A stretch of DNA of 64,000 bases, taken from NCBI RefSeq assembly GCF_006345805.1, contig NC_043002.1, positions 53,258,001-53,322,000 on the forward strand, read 5' to 3'. Below are positions 1 to 12,828 of the stretch, in pieces (within the stretch, counting starts at the first letter, position 1; each line of letters opens with the position of its first letter). The translations under genes were made by a program, and so were the position numbers. Origin of the DNA: Octopus sinensis (Eukaryota). Below the pieces are notes generated by a model. It was given only the letters and a program-made list of their open reading frames with translations. It was not told the origin of the DNA and did not search any database.

Positions 1-888
1 CTGTGGTTTGGAATTTGGTAAATTACTGAATGATTCCAGATCACAGGGGAGTGACATGATAGTTACCATCCATTGCGTCTAGATTTTCCAATAATAGGGC
101 ATCCACATTCATGAGTAACAATGATATTTACGTTACAGGAATCAACCCGTGTCGAATGCGTAGATGAGTTTATTCGAAGAAAAATGATTATCGAGTGAAA
201 ACCATTATGGCCAGTCGGTAACGAAGGCAAGAGTAATAGTGAAGGTCCTTCCATGAGACCGATGGTAGTTTACCATCCATTAATGTCCAGATGGCCAGAT
301 TTCTTCTGGCACTGTGATGGTTACGAAGTGAAATTCTCAACCACTCAACATGGTCCGGTTCCCTTATTGTTCCAAGTCAGGTAATTTCGATTAATTTTCA
401 TTGAAATTATGTAACTTGTTACACGAAAGTAATTCGAAAAAAAAACCTAGTAAATTTTTGCTTTTTTTATTATCAGATCCTTTCACTTAGATCAATTGTC
501 ATCATATTATTAAATAAATCATAACTGGCTCAATCCAAGATAACACTCTTAAATTAACATTCTTCATATGCGAACAAAGCATATCAGATGAATTGTCACA
601 TAGTTACATTTTTCTAAGTCTTTGTCGGAGATGCATTCGAAGAGAGGAAGACAGAAGCGAAAGAGAAAGACAGCACTCAGTATTTGCTATACACCTTAGT
701 ATTTATTGGTGTACCGATGGAAAAAAAAATACTCTGTGCATGTAATAGATCTTATTTATTAGTTCGAAAGCTTGTTATTTCACTCTCTTCTCGGAAGGTT
801 TCGATCGTGTGCCCTCGTTTATATGACAGAGAGAATTATCATCGGCACGCACACATATATGCAGGTATACATAAGTGTATGCGTTCAT

Positions 889-933
<45 letters not shown>

Positions 934-1226
934 GTCCCTCTCTCTCTATATATATTGTTATATTTACGGATGGTCATATTTTGCCAATTAAACACATGCA
1001 TTATATATTTCGGTCTTCACTTAAACTTTATTACAATTGTTTTAGTTTCTGTTGTCAGAGTTCTTTCGTCACACATTTTGTGACCTCTTCAACAACTCTC
1101 TATCCCACGTGTCTCCTCTTGTTCTGCTTTATCGGCAAAAATATGACCACCGCCAAGTATAACAATATATGTTTCAACACATGATTTCACATCAAGATTC
1201 TTGCAAAACGAATATATATATATGTA

Positions 1227-1261
<35 letters not shown>

Positions 1262-1585
1262 CACACACACACACATGACGAGAGGAGATTGACAGAGTCG
1301 GATAGATTAATTGCAGTGTTCGTCCTGGCTTCCAGCGCCCTGAGGCCTACCTTATCTTTCATTCTCTTGGGCCGGTAAATAAAGTACTAATTAAATACTG
1401 GTTGAATTATTTACTCTCTTCCCCCACCCCAGTCTCCTTCTCTTTATCTCTTTCGTTCATACATATGCTCACACACACACACACCACACACACATGTATG
1501 CTCCCCTTTTCTCTCACTCTATGAAATAAATTGGCTGTGTTCAGATCTACCGAGGAATAGGACATGTCAGGTGTCTAAACATAGA

Positions 1586-2153
1586 AGTCAAAATACTTCT
1601 AAGCTATGGAAGAATCATTAAATTAATACAGACATGATAGGAAAAAAATTAGTGAACAAGAATAGCGTTTTACCTCCGCCAAGGATGTAAGGGCTTATGT
1701 AGTACCCTAGTATATATAAATATATTTATATATATTGTATATAATTATTTATTAGCCTATACGGTTCTTATGCTCGCGGCCACTAACGTTATTTTTTTCA
1801 GAAATAATATCGTTCTTTTATAATTATAAATAATTTCACATGGTTCGTTTGTTTCAATGGTGTTCGGTTATTCAAATGAATTTACAGGCATGGTTGCAGT
1901 AAATTCTGACAGCTGTCCCTAGCAGATCTGACTGAAGAGAATCAAGCGCCTTTGGTGCTAAATTGGAAATCCTGATATCAAATTAATTGACATTCCTCCT
2001 GCATCCTCGGCGGAGATAAGACGCTATACTTGTTCACTAAAATTTTTTTTCCTATCATGCCTGTATTAATTTAGTGATTCTTCTGTAGCTTAGAAGTGTT
2101 TTGACTCCTTGACTTCAATTTTTAGCGAAGCAAATGTTTATGTAGTACCCTAG
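1586..2153. repeat. Foldback: ~105-bp inverted arms (1586-1691 / 1998-2106) plus a 16-bp direct repeat TTATGTAGTACCCTAG (1695-1710, 2138-2153)
   Basis: The reverse complement of AGTCAAAATACTTCTAAGC...TACCTCCGCCAAGGATGTAAG aligns to CCTGCATCCTCGGCGGAGATAAGACGC...GTGTTTTGACT at roughly 85% identity by eye. Confidence 0.8.
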
Positions 2154-2194
2154 CACATATATATATATTATTATATATATTATTTTATATATAA

Positions 2195-2520
2195 AGACCC
2201 CCTTCGGTCATGAGTGACCATGGGTTTGCACCTAGAGAGTTACCCTCTGAGGCACAAGTCTGGGCAAGGTTGTTTTTATGGAAGACCAGTAGTCGCCCAT
2301 GCATACCGGCCTCCCCTCTCCACGCCACCAGTGTTATCCAAGGGAAAGACAAAGGTCGATACAGCTTGGCACCAGTGACGTCGCAACTCATTTCTACAGC
2401 TGAGTGAACTGGAGCAACGTGAAATAAAGTGCTTTGCTCAAGAACACAACACGCAGCCCGGTCCGGGATTCGAACTCACAACCTCACGATCGTAAGCTCG
2501 ACGCTCTAACCACTGAGCCA
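2195..2520 (-). mobile_element. tRNA-derived SINE, family C, young copy
   Basis: Minus-strand head TGGCTCAGTGGTTAGAGCG (A-box) and GTTCGAATCCC (B-box). Near-identical full-length copy at 39251-39582 (+). Confidence 0.9.
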
Positions 2521-2523
2521 TAT

Positions 2524-2575
<52 letters not shown>

Positions 2576-2927
2576 TTAGATAGATAGACAGACAGACAGA
2601 GATACACATGTACACATACATACACACACAAACACACACACACACGCAAATACAATAATATATGACTTACATATTCGATCACATGACTAGTAGCTACCAA
2701 TCAGCTTCGTTGGTGTATTTCGCAACTGTATTCCTTTGAGTATACTAAACAAGAATTACTGTCAGGACGTTATTTGAAACTTAGAGGTATTGCTGGTTGT
2801 TTGAATATCTCTAAGGCATTTACTCTGGAACTTATATTCCTGTACAACAAAGTTGCATGACTACAACAGGCCAGATCGATAAGGTGGAAATCTTAAATCT
2901 GAAGAATCCTTCTATATGATAGGAGCA

Positions 2928-3162
2928 GGCATGGTTGTGTCTTTAAGAAGCTTGATTTGCAACCAAGTGCTTTCTAGTTCAATCAATCCCACTGTACGGC
3001 ACTTTAGGCAAGTGTTTTCTACTATAGCCTTGGGACAACCAATATCTTGTGAGTGAATTTGGTAGACGGAAAGTGGAACAAATCCACCGCGCGCGCGTGT
3101 GTATATGTACATACATACATGCATACATACATACATACATACATACAAACATACATAATACA

Positions 3163-3196
<34 letters not shown>

Positions 3197-3456
3197 CATA
3201 CGTACATACACATATATTTGTGTTTGTCTAGCTTTGTGTTTCTCCCTCTATAAACCGATTCACAACCAGTGTTGGTTTGTTTACGTTCCGGTAAATTAGC
3301 GGCTCGGCAAAAGATATCCATTGAATAAGTACTAGATTGCAAAAACAAAAAAAAAAAAGAAAGAAAAACGTACTGTAGTCGATTTGTTTGACTAAACCCT
3401 TTAATGCAGTGCTCTAACATGGCTGCAGTTTAATGAGTGAAACAAGTAAAAGGTAA
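2928..3456 (+). mobile_element. Degenerate long SINE, family B (CORE-like centre, internal microsatellite)
   Basis: Aligns to the young copies at 32653-33077 and 37135-37540 (GGCAAGTG..CTACTATAGCC...GGTAGACGGAAA...GAAACAAGTAAAAG). Confidence 0.75.
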
Positions 3457-3620
3457 ACGGGAGATGTACTCCGTCTTTCATTGTCCGCACGAGGAGTTTT
3501 AGGTGGGCAATTTAAACTGGTCGTGTGCATACGTGCATATATATGCATGTATACGTTAGTATATGTAAATATTCGTATGTTGTATATATATATATATGTA
3601 TTTATTTGCTATCTGCATAT

Positions 3621-3679
3621 ATTCCACTGATGAAGGCAAAGCATTTCTTATACAGAGTCAGAAATCCGAGATATGGAAT
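3621..3679 (+). ncRNA. Type I hammerhead-like motif, degenerate stem II closure
   Basis: ATTCCA-CTGATGA-A-GGC..GTC-A-GAAA-T-ccgag-AT-A-TGGAAT. Stem I is 6 bp, the core is intact, the cleavage triplet is AUA, and position 10.1:11.1 is an A-A mismatch. Confidence 0.5.
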
Positions 3680-3844
3680 TATCCAGTAATATTTTTGGCT
3701 AGTTTATTTTATCTCTTTGTCTTCTCTCCTGATGCTATTTGAACATTTAATGTGGTTTTAGAGTCAAGTTTTGGCTACTATATCTAGCATGGTGGTATCT
3801 CTTAGATATCCTTAATCATAATTTTATCTACTATGCAGTGTAGG

Positions 3845-4008
3845 AATGTAATTTGACCTCAGTGTTTGATTGGTACTTTATTTCATCAATGCCCGGAAGG
3901 ATCAAAGGCTAAGTAGTCCTTGACGGTTTTGAGTTCAGAATGTAAAGGACAGTTATTACATAGTACAAAACATTTTGTACGACGCACTAACGATTCTACC
4001 AACCCACT
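3845..4008 (-). mobile_element. Degenerate SINE, family A
   Basis: Reverse complement of GAATCGTTAG...TTCTGAACTCAAA...CCTTTGATCCTTCCGGG..GATGAAATAAAGTACC. Confidence 0.65.
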
Positions 4009-4544
4009 GATTCTGAATTATTTTCACTCTCTATTTAATTTTCAACAATCCACTCGAACTGGCAATAGAAAAAGCTACTTTAGAGCAATTTCGTTACTGT
4101 TTGCAGCGAATGTGTGACGCTGTATGAGTATTTGATCCAAACAGGGTCGGATTAACGCTGACAGATGTACAAAGCACAGCCCTAGATGAGGGCCCCACGT
4201 TATGCATATATTGGTTCATAGATATAATTTTATGACAGAAGTACTTAATGCTAAATAATAGATTAAATATTCAGCTTCAGGTCCCTCGCAGACTTTGGTG
4301 CCTGGGGTTGCTTCATAATATTCTGGGTGGGCACTAATTTGCAATAATGCTAAAATGGAGTTTCGAAATAAGTGTATCAATGTAACTCTGATTGTGCACT
4401 ATTGAATAAAAAGAGGCGGTGCCGTTCTGTGCATCCCCTTAGCGACGGACATGTCTAGTTTATTTTTTTCCGAGTGAGACCATACGATATTAAATATAAC
4501 TTTGTATTTTAAAGTTTCCCTTAATATTAAATAGTAAAAACGAT

Positions 4545-4868
4545 AACTGACACTCAGTCGGTTACGATGACAAGGATTGCAATTGATGCGATCAATGGAA
4601 CAGCCCGCTCGTGAAATTAACAAGTGGCTGAGCACTCCACAGACACGTGTACCGTTAACGTAGTTCTCAGGAAGATTCAGCGTGACACAGAATGTGACAA
4701 GGCTGGCCCTTTGAAATACTGGTACAACTCATTTTTGTCAGCTGAGTGGACTGGAGCGACGTGAAATAAAGTGCCTTGCTCAAGGACACAACGCGATACC
4801 GGGAATCGAACTCACGACCTCGAGATCGTGAGCTGAATACCCCTAATAACTAAGTTATGCGCCTTCAC
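4545..4868 (-). mobile_element. tRNA-derived SINE, family C head with alternative long tail
   Basis: Shares GTGAAATAAAGTGCCTTGCTCAAGGACACAACGC and CAGCTGAGTGGACTGGAGC. Homologues at 29670-29948 (+) and 40330-40660 (-). Confidence 0.75.
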
Positions 4869-5422
4869 AGTAAAAACAGTTCGTGAGTTTTGGAGTTTTG
4901 GAGAGTAATGAGTGACCACTTAGTCGACAGTACTTCCAGATCAAAGTCTCAGTTGTGGATCAAATGGTGTAGCGGCTAAGGCATACAGGACTCGGAGAGA
5001 ACTGGACTTTAAAAAGAATGTCACATATTTAGGTGTGTAGATATGTCCTGATATGACATGAATCAATCCCTTTTTGCTTAAAAGTTGGGTTAAACAGGCG
5101 CTGTGCCTTGAAAGTAAGCTTCGGTGAGCAGGAGACTTATTAGATTTTAAGTAGCTTCGGTAAGACAGACGATCAGTGCAATTTGGAATTGGCCCATCAG
5201 GCATCTAATCACAAATATATATGTATGTGCACGCACACCCACACACACATACACAAATAAATACAAATACATATATTTCGCACTCAGAGATAAACATGGA
5301 AGTAGAAAATCACACAGAGAGTTTTGAGAGAGTTAGGTACCCGAGAATTATAATAAATAACTTTCACCAGAGTCCGCGAGTATCGGTGATATATAAACCA
5401 ATAGTAGACATTGATGAGAAAG

Positions 5423-5670
5423 CTCGTGGCTTAGCGATTCGGGGCTAGCGCTCATGATCGTAAGACTGTAGTTTCGATTCATCTACGGGATGATGCGTTG
5501 TGTTATTATTGAGCAAAACACTTCATATTACATTGCTCCGGTTCACTTAGCTGGTAAAAATGAGTAACCCTGTGGCTGATCGGCATCCCGTCCAGTGAAG
5601 GAGAATATTAAACGCTACAGAACTCAGGAAACCGACCTTATGAGCCTATGGCTCATGAAGGACCTTTAAT
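5423..5670 (+). mobile_element. Degenerate family C SINE
   Basis: GCGTTGTGTTATTATTGAGCAAAACACTTCATATTACATTGCTCCGGTTCACTTAGCTG core, and a GGCATCCCGTCCAG...TATGAGCC tail shared with 51017-51332. Confidence 0.65.
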
Positions 5671-6636
5671 CCTTTTTCTGTATAGAGACGAACTTGTTTT
5701 AGGCTGAGTAGTAAAGGGTGTGCGTTCGATTTGACATGGCATTTCATTTCACATTGCTTGTATCTACTGAGTTGAAAACGATTCATATATGCCGCAGAAT
5801 GGCACCTCGCAGGCTATTATCCCTACATCTAACAAATGCGTTGTCAATGGTTCTAGATAAAATCACTAGGAATAATCACGAGAACTAGAAGTATCGTGAT
5901 AGCGTAGGCCGTCACGATATTCCTAATGGGATGTAAATGTATGAGATGAGTGTTGCTGTGTCATGCATGACATGAAATTGATACTCACCAGTTACGCAAT
6001 TTCTTTGTATGTCCTTTTTTTTTTCAGTCTTTCAGAGCTCCAAAAAAGACTCTAAAAGCCTTGTATACATTATTCGAGTGCTATGACGTTATTTATTTAT
6101 TGTTTATCTTATAACTCAGTTTGAGAATATTAGATGCTTCCTATAGATCAACCAATAATTTACTGCTTTTCTGAGTGGGACAGTAACAAAAGAAGAAAGC
6201 GTGTAGACCTCGGTGTAACGAGATAAATATATATAACATATGTAGTAGGTATATAAAGAAGGCAAATCTACCTATTTTCCCTAGATTGGAAAACAAAAAC
6301 ATGGTAAACAGGTTTCATCGATTTTCGGATCCTATTCGGTTCCCATTCGAGGTATCTGCATCAATCTGACCATTCATACCAAACAGTCACTCTTTATATA
6401 TACTCAACAAATCCGGTAGCTACAAAGAAGTGGGGCTACTAATTTGCATACCGTAAGTGTTTAACGTTTTATTTAATATCAATACCACCGTGCTGTGAGA
6501 TCGAACCCAAAGCACATAGTTTCAAAGCGAAATTCTTTATCATATGGCTATTCGTTCGGTTATATTAAGAGTACGAAAGATAAATATTTTCCTGGACTGA
6601 ACGCTTGTCGACCTCAGTCAATAGCTCTAGTCGATG

Positions 6637-7400
6637 AGGCGGCAAGCTAGTAGAATTGTTAGCACGCCAGGAAAAATGCTTAGTGGTATTTCGTCTGCCG
6701 CTACGTTCTGAGTTCAAATTTCGCCGAGGTCGACTTTGCCTTTCATCCTTTCGGGATCGATAAATTAAGTACCAGTTACGCACTGGGGTCAATATAATCG
6801 ACTTAATCCGTTTGTCTGTCCTTGTTTGTCCTCTCTGTATTTAGCCCCTTGTGGGTAATAAAGAAATAGGTCTGTCGCTACGTTCTGAGTTCAAATTTCG
6901 CCGAGGTCGACTTTGCCTTTCATCCTTTCGGGGTCGATAAATTAAGTACCAGTTACGCACTGGGGTCAATATAATCGACTTAATCTGTTTGTCTGTCCTT
7001 GTTTGTCCTCTCTGTATTTAGCCCCTTGTGGGTAATAAAGAAATCGGTATTTTGTCTGTCGCTACATTCTGAGTTCAAATTTCGCCGAGGTCGACTTTGC
7101 CTTTCATCTTTTCGGGGTCGATAAATTAAGTACCAGTTACGCACTGAGGTCTATATAATCGACTTAATCCGTTTGTCTGTCTTTGTTTGCCCTCTCTGTG
7201 TTTAGCCCCTTGTGGGTAGTAAAGAAATAGGTATTTCGACCGCCTCTACATTCTGAGTTGAAATGCCACCAGGGTCGACTTTGCCTTTCATCGGTTTGGA
7301 GTTGATAAAATAAGTACCAGTTGAGCACTGGGGTTTGATGTAATCGAGTTATCCCTTCCCCGATACTGCTGGCCTTTTGCCAAAATTTGAAATCAATATT
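6637..7400 (+). mobile_element. Family A SINE tandem array: one head plus four bodies, 184-bp period
   Basis: Head AGGCGGCAAGCTAGTAGAATTGTTAGCAC at 6637. Bodies start at 6686, 6870, 7047 and 7231, each with GTCGACTTTGCCTTTCATC...AAGTACCAG. Confidence 0.92.
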
Positions 7401-8832
7401 TCCAGATGTTCATAGAGCTGAAGATTGACAGAATAGTTACGTATACGTTCTTAGTTCGAATACTGCCAAGGTCAACTTTGCTCTTAATCTTTATGAGATC
7501 GATAAAATAAAGCACCATTCAAGCTTTCGCGTTGATTTAATCGACTATACCCTCCCACAGAACATATGACCTTGTGCTAATGTCAGAAATCAATATTTTC
7601 TGATGATCTGAAATCAATTACTAAATAGAAGCGAGGTGTGCATAAGAATTAAATGCAACGCAAGCCAAATATTTTATATGGAAATCATTTTAGCTTCTGT
7701 TAGTCTCATGTCACATCGACTTAACCGGTTCGCGTCAACTAGTTATATGTACTAAGATCGATTTAATCGAGTATGACTCATACATTCACAAAGACAAATT
7801 AGGTCTTTTGCTTAAATAAAAGACAAAAACAATGCGTCATTATTATCGTTGACAAACTTGTACAACGTTTGCTAAATTGCAGGAAAGAAAAAAAATCAAT
7901 AAAGCTGTTTGAAAATTCTCTGTTATGTAACCTATTTTCCTCACATGTTTGTATTTTTAGCTAACTTTTGATCAGTTTCTTTGGCAAACGTTTTTCAGTT
8001 ACTATAGTCTATGAGTAAGATTTGACATCAAGGAAAAACGAGTACTTGTTAGTTGACGTGAAGTCCTACCAAAGAAAATATATAGTTATATATGAGTGGA
8101 AATAGGAAAGATAAGATTAACGGCCCGGAAATCTCAAACTGTACATTAGCATTAGCATTAGCAATAACTTATCTCGAAAATTTACATAAGTTGGTTGCAC
8201 TTATTTATTTATTATATATTTGTTTATTTACATTTTTTTTTTATTTACCGGAGCACTTCTAATGTCAGTAATAAATTCTGGATGCAATAATTCCAATAAT
8301 TATTTTAGCTGCAACATGTAATTCAATGAATTTCAGTACACTAGAGTTGCAATTCATTGCAATTCAATGCAGTACAAGATAGTTTAACTGAATGGCGGAA
8401 TGATGGCGATGTAGGGAATGAATAATGAATAATGAAACATGGTTTACCGAAGCACTAGCAAAATTAATACTCCAATTAATTGATTACTTGTTGTGAAAGC
8501 AAATCGTCTCACCAAGCACCATGAAAAGACAATGTTTTTCTTTGCTTTTGCAATTTACTTGATCGTTTAAACACAAACAACAAATTAATGTCGAAGACGA
8601 TGTTTCGCAATTAGATTTGGAGCCCCATTCACAGATTCGTCAATTGCTGGTTGCCAGCCTATCATTTACTTTAATGTGTCTGCGTTATTGTTTCTGGCTC
8701 TCGTTTTCAATCTGCCTCTACGCATTCTCTTATAAATTGCCAGGCGGAAGGAGAACATTTATAGTATAGTGTAATCATTATTTACACACACTCGCTCACC
8801 TTATTTCCTCTTTCCCTGTGTGTGTAGGTGGG

Positions 8833-8922
<90 letters not shown>

Positions 8923-9266
8923 ATATATATATATATATATATGTATGAAGGAGAGACTTAAAATCACCCCCTCTTTTTTATGCTATATTGCTGCAAGCAC
9001 AAATCACTAAATTATACATTTTAATACAATTTTATTTTATAATTAGAAAAAAAAAAAAAAATGTAGGAAATAAAGGAGTTTTGCTTTTTTAAAAATAGTT
9101 GTTCAGTAGCTCAACCATTTAACTCATCCGTCTGATTTAAGTTTTATAGAAGAGGGTGGCTAACGAGATATTTTCTTTCATGAAATGATTTCATTTGCCT
9201 GCAACTTTTCCCACTTTCGATTATGAGCATGCTGTATTTTTCCTTTCTTTTATATATATGTATATA

Positions 9267-9325
<59 letters not shown>

Positions 9326-9385
9326 TAGAAAAAAACCAACTTTTATCAATTCAATAATGAAAAAGTTTGGAATAGTATTCCCTCA

Positions 9386-9440
<55 letters not shown>

Positions 9441-9488
9441 ATTATTATTATTATTATTGTTATTATTATTATATATACATATATATAT

Positions 9489-9522
<34 letters not shown>

Positions 9523-9525
9523 GTA

Positions 9526-10160
9526 CGAGAGAGTAACCCAAAGAAACTTTACAATATTATTTTATTCACTTAGTTTTACATGTTTACACTTTTATCACCT
9601 TCAAAGTATTATATATTTGAAGTGATGCCGTTTAACTCCTCCGTGTTTTTTCTTTCACCTCTTCTACAACTGCAAATTCTGTAGAATCTGCTTTCGTCAC
9701 CAGTGATGACCTTCGAAAAAGATCAAGATCAATTTCCAACTGTTCTTTCAGTTTAAGACACGCAGTCAGTCGTGACTGCTTTTAATCTTCTGTGAGTCAG
9801 CGAAGCACACATTTTGATGCAACTCCTTTCATTTGCAATTCCTTGCTCAAAATTCATTGGCAGAAGCTCCAGGACACACCAGTCATATCAACAAATTTGA
9901 CAATGGCTCGGCGATGGTTCATGAATTTTTGTGATGTTTTCATTTATTCAGGAGATCGACAGCCGCCCTGAATGAGGTTGGCCCCCAAACGACAAGTGAC
10001 CATTCCTAAAGCGTGAAAACCACTTGTAAACTTGTATATTGCTCATGGCAGCGTCCTTGTAAGCTGAGGGTTGCATCAAGTGGCCTCCAGCGGCGGAAGC
10101 CAGAACTACAACGGGCTTGTCTCACAAAGAACATTTCCAGATACTTTTGGGTACCTCCTC

Positions 10161-10161
<1 letters not shown>
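9526..10161 (-). mobile_element. Internally deleted mariner (DD34D-type) transposon
   Basis: TIRs CGAGAGAGTAACCCAAAG and rc CGAGGAGGTACCCAAAAG, each flanked by TA. The minus strand gives MSNIQVYKWFSRFRNG...KVITGDES, then jumps to C-terminal FAVVEEVKEKT..LNGITS. Confidence 0.85.
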
Positions 10162-10227
<66 letters not shown>

Positions 10228-10323
10228 GTATAATATAATATATATATAATATATATATGATATACCATGTAACATACCAAGTATCATCTTATTTCTCTCT
10301 CTCTCTCCCTCTCCCTCTCTCTC

Positions 10324-10384
<61 letters not shown>

Positions 10385-10386
<2 letters not shown>

Positions 10387-10775
10387 TTTTATTCTTTTAT
10401 TTGCTCCAGTCATTTGACTGCGGCCATGCTGGGGTCATGCTGGAGCACCGCCTTTAGCCGAACAAATCGATCCTTGGACTTATTCTTTGTAGGCCTAGTA
10501 CTTATTCTACCGATCTCTTTTGCCGAACCGCTAAGTTACGGGGGGGACGTAAACTCACCAACATCGGTTGTCAAACGATGGTAGGAGGACAAACACAGAC
10601 TCACAAACATATATATACGATGGGCTTCTTTTAGCTTCCGTCTACCAAATCTATTCACAAGCTTTGGTCGGCCCGAGGCTATAGTAGAAGACACTTGCCC
10701 ATGGTGCCACGCAGTGGGACTGTACCTGGAACCACGTGGCTGGGAAGCAAGCTTCTTACCACACAGCCACGCCCA
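10385..10775 (-). mobile_element. Family B SINE
   Basis: Reverse complement of GGCTGTGTGGTAAGAAGCTTGCTTCCCAGCCACGTGGTTCCAGG...GGCCGCAGTCAAATGACTGG. Confidence 0.88.
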
Positions 10776-10890
10776 CATCTCCATATAAGAAGGGGATGTA
10801 ATCTAAAAAATCACGAATGCTCCACAGTAATCATATGATTAAGGAAAAGGAGGGGACTTATTATCTAGAGATAAGCGGACAGTCGCGATA

Positions 10891-12284
10891 TCTTATACAT
10901 ATATAAAAACAAGTTGTCTGTTTGTCTGTTTGTGTTAAGTTGTCGTCTACCCCTGTTAACGAATTTTCGTGACACTTTGCAAACATGCTAAAGTAGCATC
11001 CAGTCTGTTACTAGGCTCATTGAAGTTTAATAAAAATCTATAAATGGATGGCCAGGGCCCTTAGAAGGGACCAACGTATATAATCATTACCAGACAAAGG
11101 AAATAACCCATTCATTTTCCTATATACATATCAAATGAAAAAATGTATAAAATATACTTCTTGATTTATTAAACTAGCATTCTACATTATCTGGACTTTC
11201 TTACAAGAAATTGTCAGACAAGGTCAGTGATTTTATTTGGTATAAATCAAGGTATGTTTATTTCTTAGTATTTGAACTGTAAGAGTTATTTTCGCAGTTT
11301 ATCCAGTACAACCCTTAAACAAGTAAATAGTATTTTCCTAAACAATAGATCTACTTATTTCAGTTAGTGACTTATTCACGAATATACCACGAATGACGCC
11401 TTTCATGTAACTTCAGCCTATTGACAAGTGCTGCATGAAGAACTGTTCTGCTTTTAGACAAATGCACTGTTATCACAAATGTCATACCCTGTTTACATGT
11501 AGGAACACCTTCTTAATTTATATAGATAGATGTGTTAATGTTTGTAATGATGTACTCTATGTAACAACCAACCACACAAGCAGACAGAAATCGCCGTTTA
11601 TCTATCAATAACATTGCAATCTGCACTGTATTCATACAGTTAACACGCTGTTTACATGTAAGAACATTTTCTTAATTCATATTGATAGCTGTGGTGATGT
11701 TTTCGTAAGTGTTGTAAATGTACTGATTATCTATGTCACTTTAAAATCTATATGCAAATTTATTTGTATGTCTACTGTAAAACAAAATGTCAATCTGTTT
11801 CTACATTCATTGTAAATCTATTTTAACACTAGCACCACTGAGGGTAATATTCCTTTGGAACGCACAAAAGCCCTTTTCAGTGTTACCTATTTTGAATTGT
11901 TATTATCTCATATCTGATTAGCCTGTTATTAGATAACATGCTTCACGATTTTGGTATACATATCCTATTGGTATTTCCTCCTAAGTTCTATATACTCAGG
12001 GAACGCATTAAAGCCCTTTTCGGGGCTACTTTATTTGAATTCTTACTATCGGGTAACTAATTTTATGTTATTACGTAACTGACTTCACAATTTGTGTGTT
12101 CATAACTTATTGTGATTTCCTAAAAACACCATGCTATGCAAGATGTTTCTGTATTCTCTGCAAATGCACAAAAACCGTTTTCAGAGCTACATACTTTATA
12201 TTGTTGTTATTGGATTAGCGAAACAATTACGAGAACGGAACCAAGGGATAAGCTGCGCTTTCCAGGAATTACCGGGTACGTCAG

Positions 12285-12288
<4 letters not shown>
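10891..12288 (+). mobile_element. Non-autonomous Helitron (~1.4 kb) with internal diverged duplications
   Basis: 5' A|TCTTATACATATATAAAAACAAGTTGTCTG. 3' hairpin CCAGGAATTACCGGG then TACGTCAGCTAT (CTAG variant). Internal repeats at 11490/11649 and 11857/12000. Confidence 0.6.
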
Positions 12289-12324
<36 letters not shown>

Positions 12325-12327
<3 letters not shown>

Positions 12328-12670
12328 ATCCAAACAAGAAAACACAGAAAAAAGGAGAAAAAAAAGGAGAAAAAAAAGGAGAAAAAAAGGAGAAAAAACA
12401 AAGGAGAAAAAAGGAGAAAAAAAACACAGCAACGCAGGACGTGGAACAATTAAAGTATTATTGACGCTCAGGAAAGAAGGGAAGGAGGGTTCAACGTTTC
12501 GAGCGGAGCTCTTCGTCGGAAACAAGGAGAAGGAAAGATCCCAAGAAAGGAAGATAGAGGAAAAAATATTTGAGCTGGTGGTGCTCAAGAGATCACATGT
12601 TGAAAGAACAGAAGTTGAGAGGTAGTCGAATCATGGTTTTTAAAAGCAAGAGAGTTTCAAAAAAGGAATG
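12325..12670 (-). mobile_element. Penelope-like terminal (pLTR) fragment, same family as 35687-35860
   Basis: Shares GTTAATCCAAACA, the GGACGTGGAACAA region and the HHR motif with 35687-35860. Confidence 0.7.
12489..12523 (-). ncRNA. Minimal type I hammerhead, U4C variant
   Basis: rc: GTTT-CCGACGA-A-GAGC-TCC-GCTC-GAAA-CGT-T-GAAC. Stem III is palindromic ACGU and the cleavage triplet is GUU. Confidence 0.65.
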
Positions 12671-12784
12671 CGTGTGTGTGTGTGTGCAGGGATGACAAGT
12701 GTGTTTGTGCGTGCGTGTGTGTGTGTGTGTGTGTATTTTTGGTGAATAATAAGCAATGACAAAGTCAGCTGTCATAAGGCACTC

Positions 12785-12828
<44 letters not shown>

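Noticed and set aside
1-200. In-frame TGA codons suggesting a mitochondrial insert or selenoprotein
   Set aside because: A TAA is also in frame, there is no similarity to mitochondrial proteins I know, and no SECIS is evident.
4142-4335. CAGGGTCGGATTAA, TIR-like start
   Set aside because: No matching inverted end found.
6686-7231. Regular repeats suggestive of a CRISPR array
   Set aside because: They are 184-bp contiguous SINE units with no unique spacers and no cas genes, in eukaryotic context.
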